This document shows positions 48,355 to 57,696 of a stretch of DNA of 60,722 bases, piece after piece; position 1 is the stretch's first letter, and each line of letters begins with the position of its first letter. Source of the DNA: Nitrososphaerota archaeon (lineage in GTDB: Archaea > Thermoproteota > Nitrososphaeria_A > Caldarchaeales > Calditenuaceae); contig JAVQSZ010000003.1 of the NCBI GenBank assembly GCA_033581555.1, forward strand, positions 118,474-179,195. The letters are read 5' to 3'. Under the pieces are notes generated by a model that saw only the letters and a list, made by a program, of their open reading frames with translations, made no database searches and was not told where the DNA came from. Both the position numbers and the translations under genes were made by a program.

Positions 48355-48546
48355 ATGTCTAAGCCGGGCTCGACTTATCAGTGCCTCAGGTGCAAGTCGC
48401 TCTTCGAGGCGGACATCAGCCCGAAGGCCGCCCAGCTGAAGTGCCCGAACTGCGGCTTCACGGTCGTCAGGAAGCCCAGGCCCTCGGTCGCTAAACTGGT
48501 CAGCTCCTCGAAGCTCTCGGAGGAGGTCAAGCTCTTCCACACCTGA
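48355..48546 (+). CDS. rpoP: DNA-directed RNA polymerase subunit P (Rpo12)
   Basis: YQCLRC...KCPNCGFTVVRKPRP zinc ribbon. Confidence 0.8.
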   Translation: MSKPGSTYQCLRCKSLFEADISPKAAQLKCPNCGFTVVRKPRPSVAKLVSSSKLSEEVKLFHT

Positions 48547-48587
48547 GGGTCAAACGTATATCCGGTGTTGCGACGAGAAGAACTAGG

Positions 48588-49232
48588 ATGAGGTTCAGGG
48601 ACAGGTGGGACGCCGGCAGGCGGCTGCTCCCGCTAGTGAGGGGGAAAGTGGGCAGCGAGAGCGCGGTCCTCGCGATACCGAGGGGCGGCGTGGTGGTGGG
48701 ATCCGTGATAGCAGAGGGGCTCGGCGCACCCCTCGACCTGGTGATGGTGAAGAAGATAGGCGTGCCGGGAAACCCTGAGCTGGCCGCGGGCGCTGTCGCG
48801 GAGGGCGGTGAGGTCTACGTCGAAGAGGAGGTCGTCCACCTCTACGGACTCGAGAGGGAGTACGTGGTCAGGAGGGCCGAGTCTGAGCTCGAGGCGCTGA
48901 GGAGGAAGGCCTCCGAGCTGAGGGGAGGGCTCGACCCGATACCGGTGGAGGGGAGGGATGTGGTCCTCGCCGACGACGGCATGGCCACCGGATCGACGGC
49001 GATCGCGGCCTGTAGGCACGTGAGGGGAAGGTCGCCGAGGAGGCTGATAGTGGCCGTGCCGGTCGCGTCCGTCGAGGCCGCCAGCAGGGTCTCGAGGGAG
49101 GCCGACGAGCTGGTCGCGCTCGAGGTCCCGGAGGACTTCGTCGCGGTCGGGGAGTTCTACGAGGACTTCGGCCAGGTCGACGACGGCACCGTCAGGGAGC
49201 TGATCGCACGCTCAAGGTCGAGGCGGCCGTGA
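48588..49232 (+). CDS. Phosphoribosyltransferase family protein
   Basis: FRDRWDAG, AIPRGGV, KIGVPGNPELA, VVLADDGMATGST. Confidence 0.88.
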   Translation: MRFRDRWDAGRRLLPLVRGKVGSESAVLAIPRGGVVVGSVIAEGLGAPLDLVMVKKIGVPGNPELAAGAVAEGGEVYVEEEVVHLYGLEREYVVRRAESELEALRRKASELRGGLDPIPVEGRDVVLADDGMATGSTAIAACRHVRGRSPRRLIVAVPVASVEAASRVSREADELVALEVPEDFVAVGEFYEDFGQVDDGTVRELIARSRSRRP

Positions 49233-49444
49233 GGGACCCGTTGCTGCTCACGGGCATCGTCCTCACCGTGCTGGGGATATCGCTGGTCGTCCTCTCGCTC
49301 CTGCCGAGGGTCCTGCCCAGGCTCGAGGAGGTCCACCCGCTGCTGCTCGTGACCGTGAGGCTCGACGGGCTCACCGTGGGGACCTCGCCGCTCCTCCTGA
49401 TCGTCCTCGCGCTCCTCTACCTGCTGCTCCTGCTCCGACAATGA
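49229..49444 (+). CDS. Small membrane protein
   Basis: 71 aa, two hydrophobic segments; GTGA overlap with the upstream gene. Confidence 0.6.
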   Translation: MRDPLLLTGIVLTVLGISLVVLSLLPRVLPRLEEVHPLLLVTVRLDGLTVGTSPLLLIVLALLYLLLLLRQ

Positions 49445-49505
49445 GGGAAGGATCGGGGGTTAAGGCTAATAGGACGGTCCTGGATTGGCTCTTTTTGAGG
49501 GCGGT

Positions 49506-49590
49506 GCGGGGGTAGCCAAGCCTGGTCAAAGGCGCAGGGCTCAGGGCCCTGTCCCGTAGGGGTTCGTGGGTTCGAATCCCACCCCCCGCA
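49506..49590 (+). tRNA. tRNA-Leu(CAG), no intron, CCA not encoded
   Basis: Acceptor GCGGGGG/CCCCCGC; anticodon arm CAGGG-CTCAGGG-CCCTG; long variable arm; T-arm GTGGG-TTCGAAT-CCCAC. Confidence 0.97.
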
Positions 49591-49671
49591 GACAATTTTC
49601 GTGACGTCTCCTGTTTTTAGGAGCGGGTATCTATAGAGCTTCTATCAAAGAATTCTTCGCCTTCGGTAGGA

Positions 49672-49833
49672 ATGGTTTCGGGTGTTTCTCCGGTCAGCTG
49701 CAAGGGGCGGGTGACGATTCCGAGGGAGAAACTGGAGTTTTTGGGCGTCGAGCCCGGCGACTGAATGGTCTTAGTCGCCGAGGACCGCTATACCCTCATC
49801 CACAACGTCGGGCAGGGCTCCGCATGTCCGTGA
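49672..49833 (+). pseudogene. AbrB/MazE-type antitoxin pseudogene
   Basis: MVSGVSPVSCKGRVTIPREKLEFLGVEPGD*MVLVAEDRYTLIH..., an AbrB signature broken by TGA at 49762-49764. Confidence 0.65.
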
Positions 49834-50206
49834 TGCTCCGCATCGCCTCCGCGCCGTAGATTCCTACCGGCCGGGTGCACCTCTGCCGCGGTATTTTGTC
49901 GAGGTTCCGCAACGCTGAGAACGTAAACGTTCGTTTCAGCGAGCCTGTAAACCCATCCACGCGACGTCTTCTCGTGAACGTAGACCGCCCTCGCTCTTCT
50001 CAACCTCAGCAACGCCACCCTAACAGCGCGACCCCCGTCCCAGAGGAAGTCGAATCGTCCATGACTGATACGTCCTCATCTACCGCGTCGGGCAGCATGA
50101 GTAGGTGCACCCCGAGACTCAACACTTGCGGTGCGGTAGGCGCGTTGGCTGCTCCGATTCCGGGTCCCACGTATTTTAGGAGGGACGGCACGAACGGTTG
50201 AAGGAG

Positions 50207-50596
50207 ATGGCGACCTTCGACTGGGTGAGCGGGCTCTTCACGAAGCTCTACAACAACGAGATGGCGAGGAACAAGGAGTGCGTCCACAAGTACTCGAAGC
50301 TGGTGGTCGAGGTCCTCAAGACGCTCCAGAGGCACGGGTACGTGGGGGCCTTCGAGTACATCGAGGACGGCAGGGGAGGGAAGGTCGTGATACAGCTGCT
50401 CGGGAGGATCAACAAGGCGGGGCCGATAAGGCCGAGGTTCAGCGTCGGCAAGGACGGCTACGAGGAGTTCGAGAAGCGCTACCTACCGAGCAGGGACGTG
50501 GGGATCCTGGTTGTGACCACGAACCAGGGCGTGATGTCCCACAGGGAGGCGAAGCAGAAGGGGCTGGGAGGGAAGCTACTCGGGTACGTGTACTGA
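50207..50596 (+). CDS. rps8: 30S ribosomal protein S8
   Basis: [58 protein letters not shown]. Confidence 0.95.
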   Translation: MATFDWVSGLFTKLYNNEMARNKECVHKYSKLVVEVLKTLQRHGYVGAFEYIEDGRGGKVVIQLLGRINKAGPIRPRFSVGKDGYEEFEKRYLPSRDVGILVVTTNQGVMSHREAKQKGLGGKLLGYVY

Positions 50597-50603
50597 CGCG
50601 GCC

Positions 50604-51296
50604 TCAGATCATGTGGACTACCTCCCTGTAGGTCGGTCTCCTCATCAGCTCGGTCTCGTGGAGGAGCCAGGTGAGCCAAGTCAGCTCGACCGCCCTGTAC
50701 CCGGTGGCCCTTGAGACCCGCTCGACCGTCCTGACGAACTCGACGTCGTCCTCGACCGGCCCGAACCCGCACTCGCTCAAGAGGCCGTTGATCACCCGCT
50801 TGACGATCCTGTCGGGCATGGAGGTATCGATGCCTCCCATCATCCTGAGGTACTGATAGGTCACTAGGCCCACGCCCCTCAGAGACCCTACCGGGTCCTC
50901 TCTCCAACCCTCCAGCGTAGCGGAGGAGGCCCAGCGCCTCAGCCTCGAGACGTCGTCGCCCTCGAGCTCGACCAACTTGGCCGCGACGCCCCTCGCCACC
51001 TCCCAAGACCTCCCGTTCCTCCAAAAGGCCCTGACCGAGTCCACGTCGACCTCCGCGAGCTCCTCGAGGGAGGTCAGGACCCCCCGGTCGACAAGCTCTC
51101 GCTTGATCCTGGCGACCGCGGGCACGACGGACCTGAAGTAGCTCAGCCCGATCGAAGTGAAGGCCGCGTCGACCACCATCAGGACCGCGCTCCCTCCCCA
51201 CCTCCTCGAGGAGAGGCACCGGTCGCAGAGCTCCTCCAGCTCCGGGAACCCAGAAGTTAGCTCGTCGAGCCTCGACCTCAGCAGCTCGAGCGACAT
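50604..51296 (-). CDS. Hypothetical protein with an HhH-GPD-like motif
   Basis: SLRGVGLVTYQYLRMMGGIDTSMPDRIV resembles a helix-hairpin-helix followed by PD. Confidence 0.55.
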   Translation of the reverse strand: MSLELLRSRLDELTSGFPELEELCDRCLSSRRWGGSAVLMVVDAAFTSIGLSYFRSVVPAVARIKRELVDRGVLTSLEELAEVDVDSVRAFWRNGRSWEVARGVAAKLVELEGDDVSRLRRWASSATLEGWREDPVGSLRGVGLVTYQYLRMMGGIDTSMPDRIVKRVINGLLSECGFGPVEDDVEFVRTVERVSRATGYRAVELTWLTWLLHETELMRRPTYREVVHMI

Positions 51297-51372
51297 ACGT
51301 CAAGGGCTTCCGCGGCCGCGATTTAGCGGTGCAGGGAGGAGCGGGTCCGGGGAAGATCCTTTTTAGAGAGCC

Positions 51373-53166
51373 GTGAGCAGGCACCTCGAGATGCCGGTTA
51401 AAGGGAGGATCGTGTGGATCGCGGGCCCTGCCGTGAAGGCCGACGGCATGATGGGCGCGAGGATGTACGAGGTCGTCAGGGTCGGGAAGGAGGGGCTCGT
51501 GGGCGAGGTGATCAAGCTCACGGGCGACGTCGCGTTCATCCAGGTCTACGAGAACACGTCGGGCCTCTCGCCTGGCGAGCCGGTGGAGGGCACGGGCGCC
51601 CCACTCTCGGTCACGCTGGGTCCCGGCATGATCGGGAGCGTTTACGACGGCATACAGAGGCCCCTCGATAGGATCGCGGAAAGGGTCGGGCCCTTCGTCA
51701 GGAGGGGCGTCAACGTCCCTCCAGTCCCCCAAGAGAAGAAGTGGCGTTTCGTCCCGACGGTCAAGAGGGGCGAGGAGGTCGAGCCCGGGACCGTCATCGG
51801 CGAGGTCCAGGAGACGCCGCTCGTCGCGACGAAGATCATGGTCCCGCCCGACGGGCCGAGGGGCGAGGTCGAGGAGGTGGCGCCGGAGGGAGAGTACGCG
51901 GTCGACGAGGTCGTCGCTGAGGTGAGGACGAAGGACGGCGTCGAGAAGGTGAGGATGGCCCACGAGTGGCCCGTCAGGACCCCGAGGCCGTTCAAGAGGA
52001 GGCTGGACCCCGTTGTGCCTCTGATCACGGGACAGAGGGTGCTCGACGTCCTCTTCCCGATGGCGAAGGGTGGGACGGGGTGCATACCGGGCGCCTTCGG
52101 GACCGGAAAGACGGTCACGCTCCACCAGCTCGCGAAGTGGAGCGACGCGAAGGTGATCCTTCACATCGGTTGCGGCGAGAGGGGGAACGAGGAGGCCGAG
52201 GTCCTCACCGAGTTCCCGCACCTCAAGGACCCCTACACGGGGAGGCCGCTGATGGAGAGGACCGTTCTGATCGCGAACACCAGCAACATGCCAGTCGCCG
52301 CGAGGGAGGCCAGCATCTACACCGGCGCGACCATCGCAGAGTTCTACAGGGACATGGGATACGACGTCCTCCTGGTCGCCGACTCGACGAGCAGGTGGGC
52401 CGAGGCCCTCAGGGAGATAAGCGGGAGGCTCGAGGAGATGCCCGCGGAGGAGGGGTACCCAAGCTACCTTGCCAGCAGGCTCGCCGAGTTCTACGAGAGG
52501 GCCGGACGCGTCGAGGTGCTCGGTAGACCCGAGAGGGTCGGGAGCATGACGCTAGTGGGCGCTGTCTCTCCGCCGGGCGGCGACTTCACGGAGCCCGTCA
52601 CGACCCACACGCTCAGGTTCGTGAGGACCTTCTGGGCGCTCGACCCGAACCTAGCTTACACGAGGCATTACCCCGCGATCAACTGGATGATGTCCTACTC
52701 CGGGTACGTCGAAACGGTCAAGGACTGGTGGGGGAAGAGCGTCAGCGCGGACTGGTACGAGCTGAGGGCCTACATCTATAGGCTCCTGAGGAGGGAGGAG
52801 GAGCTGCTGGAGCTCGTGAGGCTCCTCGGACCAGAGTCGCTCGCAGACGAGGAGAAGCTGATCCTCGACGTGGGCAGAATGATCAGGGAGGGTTTCCTCC
52901 AGCAGAGCGCCTTCGACGAGGTTGACTCCTACTGCTCGTCGAGGAAGCAGTACGCGCTGATGAGGCTCTTCGTCACCTTCCACAGGAACGCGGAGGAGGT
53001 CCTGAGGAAGGGCGTCCCGCTGATCAAGATCAGGCAGCTCCCGATCATCTCGAGGATCGTCAGGGCCAAGGCCGAGTTCAGGAACGACGACGTCGAGAAG
53101 ATCGAGGCCCTCGAGCAGGAGGTCAGAGCTGCGATCTCGGCCCTGAAGCCTGAGATCCTCGCGTGA
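51373..53166 (+). CDS. atpA: A/V-type ATP synthase subunit A
   Basis: [49 protein letters not shown]. Confidence 0.97.
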   Translation: MSRHLEMPVKGRIVWIAGPAVKADGMMGARMYEVVRVGKEGLVGEVIKLTGDVAFIQVYENTSGLSPGEPVEGTGAPLSVTLGPGMIGSVYDGIQRPLDRIAERVGPFVRRGVNVPPVPQEKKWRFVPTVKRGEEVEPGTVIGEVQETPLVATKIMVPPDGPRGEVEEVAPEGEYAVDEVVAEVRTKDGVEKVRMAHEWPVRTPRPFKRRLDPVVPLITGQRVLDVLFPMAKGGTGCIPGAFGTGKTVTLHQLAKWSDAKVILHIGCGERGNEEAEVLTEFPHLKDPYTGRPLMERTVLIANTSNMPVAAREASIYTGATIAEFYRDMGYDVLLVADSTSRWAEALREISGRLEEMPAEEGYPSYLASRLAEFYERAGRVEVLGRPERVGSMTLVGAVSPPGGDFTEPVTTHTLRFVRTFWALDPNLAYTRHYPAINWMMSYSGYVETVKDWWGKSVSADWYELRAYIYRLLRREEELLELVRLLGPESLADEEKLILDVGRMIREGFLQQSAFDEVDSYCSSRKQYALMRLFVTFHRNAEEVLRKGVPLIKIRQLPIISRIVRAKAEFRNDDVEKIEALEQEVRAAISALKPEILA

Positions 53167-53172
53167 GCAGTC

Positions 53173-53964
53173 TCATCGCATCCTGAGCACCCTTATCTCG
53201 CTCCCAGGCCTGAGGTCGAGGTCGGCAGCAGCGCTCCCCATGTTCACCGAGAGCTCCAAGTACCCCGTCCCCCCGAATGTCAGGAGGAACTCGCCCGCGC
53301 CCGAGTACCCGTAGGCCCTGACGAAGACCGCCTCGACGGTCCTGCCCCTGGATTCGACGAGGTACCTCGAGCCGAGCTCGATCCAATCGGGTAGCGAGCC
53401 GCGATCGACGTTGGTCACGCAGTTCCCGAACCGGTCCACGTGGAGGACGACGGCCCTGAGCTCATCATTGGCGACCGTAGGGCGGGGCAGCTCCAGCCTC
53501 ACAAGTGTCATCGGGTCGACTGGGACGAGGTCGGGGAGCCTCCTAGCCGCCAGCGAGGCCGCGACCGGCGCGAAGACGTCCCTTCCGTGGAAGGTCTCGC
53601 CCCCGAACCTCGGGAACCTCTCTAGCGGTATCGCGTAGCACGCCTCAATGACGTCCTCCGACGCGGCGGGGTAGAGGAGGCCGTTGTCCGGCCCGACGAA
53701 CCAGTATCCCTTTGTCCTGACGGCCACTCCTCTCCGCTCCGTGCCCACGCCGGGGTCTACGATCGCGAGGAACACCGAGCCCCTCGGGAAGTGCCTGTAG
53801 GCGAGGTGGAGGAGGAAGGCGCCTTGGAGGACGTTGAACGGCTCGACTTCGTGCGTGACGTCGACGACCGTAGCGTCGGGGCAGTGCCTGAGGACGACCG
53901 CCTTCACCTCACCCGCGTAGGGGTCCTTGAGCCCGTAGTCGGAGAGGAAGCCGATCACCCTCAT
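53173..53964 (-). CDS. SAM hydroxide adenosyltransferase (DUF62 family)
   Basis: FLSDYG, VDPGVG, VGPDNG, TFHGRDVFAP, DRFGN. Confidence 0.88.
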   Translation of the reverse strand: MRVIGFLSDYGLKDPYAGEVKAVVLRHCPDATVVDVTHEVEPFNVLQGAFLLHLAYRHFPRGSVFLAIVDPGVGTERRGVAVRTKGYWFVGPDNGLLYPAASEDVIEACYAIPLERFPRFGGETFHGRDVFAPVAASLAARRLPDLVPVDPMTLVRLELPRPTVANDELRAVVLHVDRFGNCVTNVDRGSLPDWIELGSRYLVESRGRTVEAVFVRAYGYSGAGEFLLTFGGTGYLELSVNMGSAAADLDLRPGSEIRVLRMR

Positions 53965-54020
53965 CGCCGGTGAGACCCCGGGAATACTGATAAATCTCGA
54001 ACCGAAGGACCGATCGCGGC

Positions 54021-54977
54021 TTGGTCAGGTCGCTGAGCGACGGGGACGTCGAGCGGGCCTTGAGCCTGAGGGAGGTGATCGAGGCCGTCGAGCGGGCCTT
54101 CGCGCTCTACAGCACCGGGAGGGCCCTGATGCCCCAGAGGGTCCACGTGCCGGTAACGGAGCACGAAGGCACCATCCTCCTCATGCCCTGTTACGTCCCG
54201 GAGATGGGCGTCTTCTCGGTGAAGTACGTCACCGTCTACCCCGGGAACCCTTCGAGGGGCCTCCCGACGATCTTCGCGTCCCTCTTGATCTCCGACCCCG
54301 CGACCGGCGAGCCGAAGGTCCTTGCGGACGCGAGGGCCGCGACCGGGATGAGGACTGGGGCCGCGACGGCCGTCTCGATAAAGCACCTCTCGAGGACAAC
54401 GGAGGGAGCGCTCGGCGTAGTCGGGTGCGGCTACCAGGCGAGGTGGCAGCTTAAGGCAGCGCTCGAGGTGATGAGGGTCGAGAAGTTGTACCTCCATGAC
54501 ATCGTCAGGTCGAAGGCGGTCGAGCTCGGGGAGGAGGCTTCGAGGAGGTACGGGCTCGACGTGGAGGTCGCGGACGAGGTCAGGCTCCTAGCGTCCAAGA
54601 GCGACGTCATCATCACCGCAACCACCTCCTCGAAGCCCTTCCTCAAGGCGGAGTGGGTCAGGCCCGGGACACACATCTCCGCGATCGGGGCCTTCACGCC
54701 TCAGATGGCCGAGCTCGAGGCCGAGTTGGTCGCCTCCTCCAAAGTCGTGGTCGACTCGAGGGAGGCCGCGAAGGCAGAGGCCGGGGACATCATCCAGGCG
54801 GTCCAGAGGGGGCTGATGAGGTGGGAGGACGTCCACGCCGAGTTAGGAGAGGTCGTCGCCGGGATCAGGCCCGGGAGGGAGAGCGACGAGGAGGTCACAG
54901 TCTTCAAGAGCGTCGGCCTCGCGGTCCAAGACGCCGCGGTCGCGGCCTTGCTGCTCAGGAGGATGGGCGGGAGTTGA
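54021..54977 (+). CDS. Ornithine cyclodeaminase/mu-crystallin family (archaeal alanine dehydrogenase-like)
   Basis: VKYVTVYPGN, TGMRTGAA, GCGYQA, FKSVGLAVQD. Confidence 0.9.
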   Translation: MVRSLSDGDVERALSLREVIEAVERAFALYSTGRALMPQRVHVPVTEHEGTILLMPCYVPEMGVFSVKYVTVYPGNPSRGLPTIFASLLISDPATGEPKVLADARAATGMRTGAATAVSIKHLSRTTEGALGVVGCGYQARWQLKAALEVMRVEKLYLHDIVRSKAVELGEEASRRYGLDVEVADEVRLLASKSDVIITATTSSKPFLKAEWVRPGTHISAIGAFTPQMAELEAELVASSKVVVDSREAAKAEAGDIIQAVQRGLMRWEDVHAELGEVVAGIRPGRESDEEVTVFKSVGLAVQDAAVAALLLRRMGGS

Positions 54978-54997
54978 ACCGGTTGGGCAGTGACCGG

Positions 54998-57547
54998 ATG
55001 AGGGCGCTGTCGCTGGCCTCGGCCCTCCTGACTCTCGTCCTGATCTCATCGGCCCCGGAGCCCGCGATCTCCCAGCCCACCTGGGACTTCTTGGTCCAAG
55101 TCTCGGGAGGCCCGCTCTACCCCGGCGAGACCGGCACGATCGAGGCGTCGCTGTTCAACGTCAACTGCGTTTCAAGGACGCCCAGGCTGAGGTTCACCTA
55201 TACGACCCACGCCTTCCTCAGGAACCTGACCGACGCCCAGCTGGAGGAGCTCAAAGGTCGGCTGAACTACCTGAGACAGCAGAACCTCATCCTCGACTAC
55301 GTCTTCGCCGTCAACGCGACCAGGATGGTCGGCCCTACGCCCGTAGCGGATTACACGCTGGTCGTCACCGGTGCCTGCGTCGGGAAATCCGTCCACGTGA
55401 AGGCCATTAGAGTCTGGTTCCCGTGGCCCGGCCTCGGAAGGGCGCTTCACTCGGAGAGGTCCGTGGAGAGGACGCTACCACCCTTCGACGTCCCGAGCTA
55501 CATCGCGACCGGCTCGACGTCCGCGTTCAGGATCGACCTGAGGTTAGAGTTCCGGGTCCCCAAAGACCTGCCTTCTGAACTCCTCGGGAGCAACAGGCCG
55601 AACGTGGAGGTGGACGCCACGGTCGAGGGGAGCACCTACACCTTCGGGAGGCCCTTCGGTCTGCCAGAGGTCAGGGTAGTCGGGGACCTCGAGGTGAAGC
55701 CGTTCAGGACCTTCAAGCTCAGGCTCCTCGACAGCGAGGGGAGGATACCGCTCTCTGGGGCCGAGGTCAGGCTGCAGGCGCATGTCTACGCCCAGTACAC
55801 GCTGAGGCTCTCCTCGGACAGAGAGGGGTACGTCGCGTTCACCAGGCTGCCCGAGAGGTTCGTCTACAGCGTCACCGTCCTATATAAGACGTCCTACACC
55901 CCCGACCCGATCCCTGTCTCGTCCTTCGACGCGACGGCTCTTGAGCTCGCGAGGTTGGATTCCCTGACGACCGAGCTCTACACGCTGCGGCTGAGCGCCG
56001 CTGACATGAAAGGCAGGCCGGTAAAGGATGGAGTCGCGAGGCTGAGGCCCATCGAGGTCGTGTACGCGGCGATCGCCCTACCCTCGGAGGTGAGGGTCTC
56101 TAACGGCACCGCTGAGTTTCGCCTGGTCCCGACTGGGAACTACACGGTCTCGCTCGAGGTGATGGGCTTCGAGGTAGGGAGCGTCACGAGGTACGTCGGC
56201 TACCACCCGACCCACGGCAGGCTCCCGCCATCAGTGACCATGACCGCCTCGCTCGACGACATCTCCGTGACGGTGAGAGACGGCATGGGGAGGCCGTTGG
56301 CGGCTACCGTGAGCCTCACCGACCCCCGGGGCAGGGTGGTGGCCACCGTCACCTCGAGGGACGGCCGAGCGGAGTTCGTCCAGCTACCGGTCACAACGTA
56401 CGGAGTCAGGGCGAGGGCGAACGATTCGCTGGGGACGACCCACTTGCGAGAGCTTCAGGCCGTGCCGGGAGCGAGCGTTACCCTCTCGTTCCCGTTCTAC
56501 AGGCTCTCGGTCAGCCTGGTGACTCAGGACGGCAAGCCCCTGAGGGGAGCCGCGCTCAAGGTCCTCGACAGAGAAATCATTCTGAGGACCGGCGAGGCCT
56601 CCTTCGACCACTTCCCGGGCGGGAGCCACGTCGTCTCGGTCACCTACAAGGGGGTAGTGGTCCACGAGTCCGCGATCAGTCTGACGTCCGACGCTGCCTT
56701 CCAGCTCAGGACGAGGGTCAACGACGTCGAGCTCAGGTTCCTGGACGCCTCCTCGAAGCCATTGAACGTCACCTGGCGCGTGGCTTACCTCGACACCGTC
56801 AACGCAGGGCATGGGACCTTTGTGAGGCTGGTCGACGTGCCCGACGTGGAGCTGAGGCTTGAAGTGTCGTTCAGGGCCATGAACTCGACCTTCAACCTCC
56901 TATCGCGGAGCATCAGGGCCTCAGAGGCCTGGCCGACCGCGAACTTCTCCCTCCCCGTCGGGGACCTTGCCCTGATCGTGCTCTGGGAGGACGGCCTAAG
57001 GCTGGACGGGGTCCTAGTCTTGGAGGTTGCGGGCTCGAGACACTCGATGCCCCTGAGGGCCGGAGCGCCTCCAAGGGTCCCAACGTTGCCGTTCGGCGAG
57101 TACGGCTATAGCGTCGTCGACGCCCGCGGCCTCGAGGTCGCGAGGGGCAGGATCTCCCACTCCGGAGCACCGGTATCGATCAGGGTTCCCCAGACCTCGC
57201 TGACTGTGAAAGTATCGGACCAACTCGGGACCCCACTGCCCGGCGCGAGGGTCTCTGTCCTCAAGTCGGGCCTGAGATACGGGACTTCGACGACCGATGC
57301 GTCGGGCGTCGTGCGATTCTCCGGCCTGCCAGCGCTCCTGGAACCCTATGAGGTCGTGGTCGAGGTCGACGGACATAAAGTCACAACGACCGCCCTGGGT
57401 GAAGTAGCGCTGAGCGTCCCCGTTTTAGTGCTGTTTGGCGCACCGCTGCACCTCGACGTCACGGCCCAAGCCGTCCTCTGGGGGTCACTCGCGGTCATCG
57501 CGGCGGCCATCGCGATCAGCCTGTACAGGCGCAGAGTGCCTCAGTGA
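54998..57547 (+). CDS. Large cell-surface protein with repeated beta-sandwich (carboxypeptidase-regulatory-like) domains
   Basis: Signal peptide MRALSLASALLTLVLISS; repeated DxxGxP(L)xGA(xV) motifs; C-terminal TM plus RRR. Start shortened from 54653. Confidence 0.75.
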   Translation: MRALSLASALLTLVLISSAPEPAISQPTWDFLVQVSGGPLYPGETGTIEASLFNVNCVSRTPRLRFTYTTHAFLRNLTDAQLEELKGRLNYLRQQNLILDYVFAVNATRMVGPTPVADYTLVVTGACVGKSVHVKAIRVWFPWPGLGRALHSERSVERTLPPFDVPSYIATGSTSAFRIDLRLEFRVPKDLPSELLGSNRPNVEVDATVEGSTYTFGRPFGLPEVRVVGDLEVKPFRTFKLRLLDSEGRIPLSGAEVRLQAHVYAQYTLRLSSDREGYVAFTRLPERFVYSVTVLYKTSYTPDPIPVSSFDATALELARLDSLTTELYTLRLSAADMKGRPVKDGVARLRPIEVVYAAIALPSEVRVSNGTAEFRLVPTGNYTVSLEVMGFEVGSVTRYVGYHPTHGRLPPSVTMTASLDDISVTVRDGMGRPLAATVSLTDPRGRVVATVTSRDGRAEFVQLPVTTYGVRARANDSLGTTHLRELQAVPGASVTLSFPFYRLSVSLVTQDGKPLRGAALKVLDREIILRTGEASFDHFPGGSHVVSVTYKGVVVHESAISLTSDAAFQLRTRVNDVELRFLDASSKPLNVTWRVAYLDTVNAGHGTFVRLVDVPDVELRLEVSFRAMNSTFNLLSRSIRASEAWPTANFSLPVGDLALIVLWEDGLRLDGVLVLEVAGSRHSMPLRAGAPPRVPTLPFGEYGYSVVDARGLEVARGRISHSGAPVSIRVPQTSLTVKVSDQLGTPLPGARVSVLKSGLRYGTSTTDASGVVRFSGLPALLEPYEVVVEVDGHKVTTTALGEVALSVPVLVLFGAPLHLDVTAQAVLWGSLAVIAAAIAISLYRRRVPQ

Positions 57548-57591
57548 TCTCACAGTAATACACTCAAAGGTCCTAAGACGGCGCTTGCGCA

Positions 57592-57660
57592 TGATGTGTA
57601 AATTCTTCATCGATTATTCACGGAATCTCAAAATATGTTGTCAACATCGATTACACATCA
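57592..57660. repeat. Nested inverted repeats upstream of the DNA methyltransferase
   Basis: TGATGTGTAA (57592-57601) / TTACACATCA (57651-57660), with inner ATGTTG-T-CAACAT (57635-57647). Confidence 0.7.
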
Positions 57661-57696
57661 GCGTTATAGGAGATCTCTGGCCAAGGCACGCCGAAG

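Noticed and set aside
53173-53964. Fluorinase or chlorinase
   Set aside because: The Asp, Arg and His motifs (SDYG, TERR, TFHGRD) fit the common archaeal SAM hydroxide adenosyltransferase.
54653-54997. N-terminal extensions in the ORF track (surface protein, pstB, hjc, CaCA, pok, CDGSH)
   Set aside because: The extensions overlap neighbouring genes or promoters; downstream starts fit homology and TATA spacing better.
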